Both the position numbers and the translations under genes were made by a program. From an uncultured Acidobacteriota bacterium (GTDB taxonomy: Bacteria; Acidobacteriota; Terriglobia; UBA7540): a stretch of 64,000 nucleotides of DNA. Where the stretch lies: assembly GCA_963804995.1 (NCBI GenBank), contig CAWDSK010000005.1:672001-736000 (forward strand), written 5' to 3'. The first letter of the stretch is position 1. Each line of letters begins with the position of its first letter. The notes beneath the pieces were generated by a model, which was not told the DNA's origin, did no database searches, and saw only the letters and a list, made by a program, of their open reading frames with translations. This document shows, in pieces, positions 59,143 through 64,000 of the stretch.

Positions 59143-59470
59143 GCCTTGTCGGAGAGTGACGTTCTTGATTCTTGACCCTCCCCAGTATGCCGGCCGCTAC
59201 GTGCGCACGCGGCTCTACTGCCATGAGCGCGCCCTTTGGAAGCTCCGTTGGTTCTTGAATGACTTCAACTACGACGCCGACCTCCTGGCCGCCGACGAGT
59301 TAGACGACCGCCGCGTGGTGGGTCTGGAAGGGGTCATTCGCGTTGCCTATTGGGGAAACGACGGTCACCGCCGTTTGGATGTCGAGGGCTTCGCTCCCAG
59401 CGAGCGTTGGGCCGATCTTTCCGTTCATCAACCATCCTGTGAAAGCCTCGCGGAGGCTGCTCAGGCTTAG
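59033..59470 (+). CDS. DUF669-like phage single-stranded DNA-binding protein
   Basis: EGLYRARVV..VTFLIL..YAGR..ALWKLRWFL; SD AAAGGAG before the ATG. Confidence 0.55.
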   Translation: MRTKIQGLSQATERSPLVEGLYRARVVHFELPGHAAKPCRRVTFLILDPPQYAGRYVRTRLYCHERALWKLRWFLNDFNYDADLLAADELDDRRVVGLEGVIRVAYWGNDGHRRLDVEGFAPSERWADLSVHQPSCESLAEAAQA

Positions 59471-59505
59471 ACTTCGGGATAGAACTATCTTGAAAGGAGG
59501 GGATC

Positions 59506-60294
59506 ATGGATCATTACAGTTACACGCAACTTTCCACCTATCTGCAGTGCCCGCTGAAGTACAAGTATCACTACCTGGAAGGCTGGCAGGAAACGGAAGA
59601 CAAAGCCAGTCTCGTCTTCGGCCGAGTGTTTCAAAGCGCCGTCGAAGCCCAATTCCTGCTGCCTGACTCCGTGCGGTTCTTCACCGAGCGCTGGACGGGA
59701 GTCAAGGAAATGCCGCTTGAGTTTACCAACGGTGATAGTTGGGAGAAGATGCTCGAGCAGGGCCAGTCGCTCCTGGAACAGTTCCGCCAGGACAAGCGGG
59801 TCCTAATTGAGGACGGCCGAACGGATTTTCAGGTCAAGTTCCGCCGTCCCCTGCCGCTCAGCCAGAAGCATTTCCTGGCCTATGTGGATGCCATCGGGTA
59901 TGTCGATGGGCGCCACAGCCTGATTGAGTGGAAGACCACTACGCAATCCTACCCGGAGAACCTGGGCCGAGTTTTAGAACTCGATCCCCAGTTGGTCTGC
60001 TACTCTTGGGCGGCGGAGAAGCAGGAGGTGTGTCTCGTAAACTTCGTACGGAAGAAGTTGCCGGAGATCCAGTACCTGCGGGCGCGCATCCGCAAGCGCC
60101 AGTGGAAGGCCTTTGAACAGACCCTGGACCTGCTGGCGAGCGAGATGGAAGCCGGGCACTTCTACCCCCGTTCGGGGATTCGTTATCCCAACAACCAGTG
60201 TTTGAACTGTGCCTATTTGGGGCTGTGCCTGAGGAAGAAGGCCCTGGTGGAAGAGAAGCTGGTCAAGGTGGAGGAGTTGGCGGTCCATGGATAA
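59506..60294 (+). CDS. PD-(D/E)XK nuclease (RecB/AddB-like, 4-Cys Fe-S staple)
   Basis: SYTQLSTYLQCPLKY, YVD..LIEWKT, QLVCY, CLNC..LC; SD GAAAGGAGG. Confidence 0.88.
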   Translation: MDHYSYTQLSTYLQCPLKYKYHYLEGWQETEDKASLVFGRVFQSAVEAQFLLPDSVRFFTERWTGVKEMPLEFTNGDSWEKMLEQGQSLLEQFRQDKRVLIEDGRTDFQVKFRRPLPLSQKHFLAYVDAIGYVDGRHSLIEWKTTTQSYPENLGRVLELDPQLVCYSWAAEKQEVCLVNFVRKKLPEIQYLRARIRKRQWKAFEQTLDLLASEMEAGHFYPRSGIRYPNNQCLNCAYLGLCLRKKALVEEKLVKVEELAVHG

Positions 60295-60985
60295 GGCGCG
60301 GGCACAACAGGTTCTGGCCCGGATCGATGAGATCCTGCGTTGGGAGCAGCGGACGGACCAGCAAAAGGACCAGAAGTTTGCCGAGCTGGGAAAGCACCTG
60401 TGCGTGGTGAGGAAGCACGGGTACTGGCGGCTGCGGCACAAAAGCTTTGAGGCTTACCTGGAGGAGAAGTTTCCGGACTCGCGGCGGAAGGCGTATTACC
60501 TCATGTCGATTCATGACCACCTGCCGCAAATCCCGGCGCCGGAGATCGAGGAACTAGGCTGGTCAAAGGCGTTGGAACTGGCAAAAGTGGCCAGAAGTGA
60601 AGGTCGACGATTTGACAGTGCAACCTGGTTGCACAGGGCGCAGGAGTCGACGAAGCAGGAGTTGAAGGAAGCGGTTCACAAGTACTTCACGGGGGAAGAC
60701 TACGAGCCTTACGAGATGGTTTACTTCAAGCTGTTTGAGAGCCAGTTGCCGGTGGTGGAAAGGGCCCTGTACGTGGCCTCGCGGATGGTGGGGACGGAGC
60801 GGTCGCGGGGTTACTGCCTGGAACTGGTGTGCGCGGATTTTCTGGCAGGTAGGGGGGAGGAGTCGTCGCCGGACGAGATCTTGATGGTGATCCACCGCCT
60901 TGTGCATCTGCTGCCGCGCGAGTACCAGACACGGCTTGTCGGCCAGAATGGGGGCAGGGAATTGGAGACAGCCGGCAAATGCTGA
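60287..60985 (+). CDS. Hypothetical phage-like protein
   Basis: Translationally coupled on both sides; ELGKHL, SFEAYLEE, LGWSKALEL, LELVCADFL. Confidence 0.7.
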   Translation: MDKARAQQVLARIDEILRWEQRTDQQKDQKFAELGKHLCVVRKHGYWRLRHKSFEAYLEEKFPDSRRKAYYLMSIHDHLPQIPAPEIEELGWSKALELAKVARSEGRRFDSATWLHRAQESTKQELKEAVHKYFTGEDYEPYEMVYFKLFESQLPVVERALYVASRMVGTERSRGYCLELVCADFLAGRGEESSPDEILMVIHRLVHLLPREYQTRLVGQNGGRELETAGKC

Positions 60986-61254
60986 AGAGAGTGAAGCGGA
61001 TCAAGCTGGGGAGCCAAATCTACCGGCGTTTGATGAAGCGGGTGCTGGAGCGGGACGAATGGCGATGTCAGAAGTGCGGGTCGCTTGAGAATCTCCAGGT
61101 CCACCACAAGATCAAAAGGAGCCAAATGGGCAACGACTCGCTTGAGAATTTGGTGACGCTGTGTGCCCGCTGCCACATGGCCGAGCACGGGCAGCTTTTC
61201 TATACGGTTCAGGCGATCAGGGTATGTGCCAAGCCAAAAGCGAGGAAGAAGTAA
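60979..61254 (+). CDS. HNH endonuclease
   Basis: VLERDEWRCQKCG..LQVHH..NLVTLCARCH. Confidence 0.92.
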   Translation: MLKRVKRIKLGSQIYRRLMKRVLERDEWRCQKCGSLENLQVHHKIKRSQMGNDSLENLVTLCARCHMAEHGQLFYTVQAIRVCAKPKARKK

Positions 61255-61422
61255 TGTCCCAGGCCATGGCGATTTCGGGCTTTGGCAATTCGGAATTGGT
61301 GTCGGACATAGGAAGATAAATCTCTGAAGTAATAGTGGGCAAAATCCTCGGCCAGCTCAGCATGGCCGATTCAGCGTGGAACTTCCCGTTTCCTATGTGA
61401 AAGACCGATGTATAATGGCGCC

Positions 61423-61989
61423 ATGGCAGTCGAAGTGATTCCCAAGCTTACCTACGAAGAGTTTCGCCAGCTTCCCGAAGACGGCAAGCGCTACGAATTG
61501 ATCCAAGGGAGGGTGCGCGTGAGTCCATCTCCGAGTGCTCGGCACCAGTCCGTTACATTAAACCTGGCGACTAGCCTTCGCCCCTTCGTCCTCAAGAACC
61601 GGCTGGGTGAAGTCTTCGTTGCCCCGCTCGATGTACGCCTGAGCGAGGATACCGCCCTCCAGCCGGACCTGATCTTTGTTGCCACTGCGCGTCTGGAAAT
61701 CGTGCAGGAGAATTTCATCGCCGGAGTCCCGGACCTGGTGGTGGAGATCCTGTCCGCCTCCACGGCGGCCCACGACCGGGCTACAAAACTGAGCCTATAT
61801 GCCCAGGCGGGCGTCCCCCACGTCTGGCTGATGGATCCCCTGCCGCGGACGGTGGAACTCCTCCAGCGCGCCGCCGACAAATACCTGGTCGAGGCGGTCT
61901 ATGCCGGTTGGCAAACCCTCACTTCCTCACTGTTTCCCGGTTGGGAAATCACCCTTGACGAACTCTTCCGCTTTCCCGCTCGCCCTTGA
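61423..61989 (+). CDS. Uma2 family endonuclease
   Basis: LTYEEF..YELIQG..SP..HQ..QPDLIF..PDLVVEILS..K..Y..GVPHVWLMDP. Confidence 0.92.
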   Translation: MAVEVIPKLTYEEFRQLPEDGKRYELIQGRVRVSPSPSARHQSVTLNLATSLRPFVLKNRLGEVFVAPLDVRLSEDTALQPDLIFVATARLEIVQENFIAGVPDLVVEILSASTAAHDRATKLSLYAQAGVPHVWLMDPLPRTVELLQRAADKYLVEAVYAGWQTLTSSLFPGWEITLDELFRFPARP

Positions 61990-62007
61990 AGAGAAACAAA
62001 CACGCCC

Positions 62008-62117
62008 AGTAGAGCCGCCCTTGAGGGCGGCACCATGTAGCGCCGGCCCTGAGGCCGGCACCGACGGGCCGCTCCCGCCATGCGGGACCGGCAGTGCAGG
62101 CTAAAGCCCGGCTCTAA
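62008..62117. repeat. REP-like palindrome cluster
   Basis: gtagagccgcccttgagggcggc..gtagcgccggccctgaggccggc..aagcccggctcta. Confidence 0.55.
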
Positions 62118-62747
62118 GGTGTATTCTCATTAAAATACTGGTTAGTAGTCAGGTTATCATCTCTCCCGCCACCATTGACTCAGTTGCTAATTGGATTGCC
62201 ACCCCAAGAGCAAAAGAAGCCAGTGGGGAAGTGATGTGCTTGCGGAACACGAACAGCTGACCCGAAAATGGTCCGCCGGCAACTGCTCCTGGCACGCCCG
62301 CGCCAAGCCATCAATCCAAATCGACAGGCTCTACCCCACCAGGATACGGGTATGCGGGGTGACTTGGTTCATACCTCGCCGTCCCGCAACGCCCGGTTCC
62401 GCGCCACGAGTTCCGTCGTCGCCATTCCCTTGAACGGCACCCTCTTGGTGTGCCCGCGGAAGTACCTGGCCCTGCTTACTACACGGAGGAGTGGATTGAT
62501 TGTGAACCTCAGCTATTTTCAGAACGTGATCGAGGAGGCCCCCGCAGCGAAAGTCACCGACGAGTATGGGCGGTATCTTCGCCAGCGTGTGGGCGGTTGG
62601 ATGAGGGAGCGGCAGATCTCAGCTGCTGATCGACAACTTACGAGGACGGCGTCCCGGATTGGACGCTTCGTCACAGCAGGGGCTTGACACATCGTCACAT
62701 GACCTGTAATTATCTGCTTAAAGCATGCTACATCATGGAGACACATT

Positions 62748-63035
62748 ATGATCGACCTTCGCGAAGTTCGTTCGGTCACAGAGTTTCAGCGCAATCTCAA
62801 GGGCTATGTCGGGCGGCTCAAAGCGAAGAAGATTCCCCTGGTATTGACGGTCAATGGCCGGGCGGAACTCATCGTGCAGGATGCCGGCAGCTATCAGGCG
62901 TTGCTTGACCGGTTGGAGCGTGCTGAGACAGTAGCCGCTATCCGTCAGGGGATGGAAGAGTTCGAACGCGGCGAAGGAATACACCTGAAACAGGCGGAGC
63001 GACAACTCCGGAAACGACATGGCTTTTCGCGTTGA
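62748..63035 (+). CDS. Phd/YefM family antitoxin
   Basis: RSVTEFQRN..PLVLTVNGRAELIVQDAGSYQALL..IRQGMEE. Confidence 0.88.
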   Translation: MIDLREVRSVTEFQRNLKGYVGRLKAKKIPLVLTVNGRAELIVQDAGSYQALLDRLERAETVAAIRQGMEEFERGEGIHLKQAERQLRKRHGFSR

Positions 63036-63198
63036 GATTTCACCGGGGGCTTTCCACGACCTCGACGAAATCGCCGGGTACATCAAGCAGCAGGGAAGCT
63101 TCGAGCAGGCCGAAGTGTGGTTCAATGAGATCATGGCTGCCATCCGACGGCTATCAGACATGCGGGAAAGCTTCGTCGAGTACGGATCATCGTGCTAA
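63019..63198 (+). pseudogene. Truncated ParE/RelE family toxin
   Basis: MAFRVEISPGAFHDLDEIAGYI..AEVWFNEIMAAIRRLSDM, then an unrelated tail and a stop at 59 aa; overlaps the antitoxin end. Confidence 0.8.
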
Positions 63199-63259
63199 AC
63201 TGGAAAGATAAAAGTCGGCCCGTTGGGGACAAGAGGCCACTACTGTCGAAGAGCGAACA

Positions 63260-64000
63260 ATGATTAAGAAAATGAAGTCTCCGCTATTACAAGCCGCGAA
63301 TCGCGCCAACAGTCTCAAATCAACAGGACCTCAAACAGTACTTGGTAAGGCGCAATCCAGCCGCAATGCAATGAAATATGGCGTATTTGCCGGGGTACAC
63401 GTGGCGAGCATGAAAGATCTCGGCGAGGATCCTGCCGCCTTCGGGCAGCTCGGTGAATCCCTCCGCCAAGCTTTTTGCCCCCAGGATGCATTCGAGCAGA
63501 TGTTGGTTGAAGACATGGCGGAGATTCGCTGGCGCAGGCAAAGGCTCATGCGCGCAGAAGCCGGAATATTGGCTTCCAAAAGGCGCGAGTTCATTATCCA
63601 GCGAGAATGGAAAGAAGCCAACTACGGCAGGATTTCCAACGGAGAGGCAAAGGACATACCCTATCCCAATATGGGGCTGGTGTCGCTTGGTCCCTCAGAT
63701 GAGAACATCGCTGAGATCATCGATTTGTTGGAGGATCTTAAGCATTCGATTGAAACCGAGGGCTTTGCGGAGGAGGAGTTTTGGCGCGTCAAGGCGGTTT
63801 ATGGGGAGAAGCCTAGTTACACGGGCAGGCACTTGAGGGAACTGTTTGATAGTGCTCCGAAGTGGGTGAAGGAAGATTGTGTCAGGCACTCTGAAGAAGT
63901 TGAAGAGTTCCGGGGACCCATCCTCGCAATCCTCACCAAAGAAATTGCGTTTTTCAGGAAGACGGCGGAATTGCATAACGCAGGGGACGCGAAGGTAACT
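63260..64000 (+). CDS. Hypothetical protein with an ANRxNxxKSTGP..GK..S..NA N-terminal motif; runs off the window and is absent from the ORF track
   Basis: Read by hand, open from ATG 63260 to the window end: MIKKMKSPLLQAANRANSLKSTGPQTVLGKAQSSRNAMKYG..GEDPAAF..P.DAFEQMLVE..RWRRQRL. Confidence 0.8.
   Translation, partial: MIKKMKSPLLQAANRANSLKSTGPQTVLGKAQSSRNAMKYGVFAGVHVASMKDLGEDPAAFGQLGESLRQAFCPQDAFEQMLVEDMAEIRWRRQRLMRAEAGILASKRREFIIQREWKEANYGRISNGEAKDIPYPNMGLVSLGPSDENIAEIIDLLEDLKHSIETEGFAEEEFWRVKAVYGEKPSYTGRHLRELFDSAPKWVKEDCVRHSEEVEEFRGPILAILTKEIAFFRKTAELHNAGDAKVT

Noticed and set aside
59506..60294. Cas4 / CRISPR adaptation gene
   Set aside because: It shares the fold and Cys staple, but there is no cas1/cas2 or array, and the context is a phage-like recombination module.
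62191..62687. ORFs 62191..62433 and 62268..62687
   Set aside because: No family motif or clear SD; possibly a gene remnant but not supportable.

Overview
Bacterial DNA; the repeat style and gene content suggest Acidobacteriota or a similar lineage (inference). It carries many single-base indels, probably from a low-coverage or long-read consensus. There are three blocks. (1) 1-43.8 kb, all on the + strand: a large surface-polysaccharide locus. It encodes nucleotide-sugar enzymes, Wzm/Wzt, about 14 soluble glycosyltransferases, two GT-C-like membrane proteins, a Wzy/WaaL-like protein, six methyltransferases, two NodU-type carbamoyltransferases, AsnB, a sulfatase-fold protein, a transglutaminase-like protein and WecA. 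Two 2.5-2.8 kb inserts in it are bracketed by diverged direct repeats of resident gene ends. (2) 45.4-57.6 kb: an apparently uncharacterised RiPP-type region with two modules, the strongest candidate for a new system here. Module A is an HPr-kinase-like protein, a PqqD/RRE fused to a Tat-like signal and an 8-Cys tail, and a nucleotidyltransferase. Module B is a second HPrK-like protein, two radical SAM/SPASM enzymes, a 58-aa Cys-containing precursor ending in Ser, a stand-alone RRE, an S26 peptidase and an ABC exporter. REP/MITE-like repeats are interspersed. (3) 58-64 kb: a phage/ICE-like early module (XRE repressor with a near-consensus promoter and palindromic operator; SSAP-like, SSB-like, PD-(D/E)XK and HNH genes), then Uma2 and a Phd antitoxin with a truncated ParE-like toxin. 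No rRNA, tRNA or CRISPR array was seen. All family calls are by eye from motifs; no searches were run.
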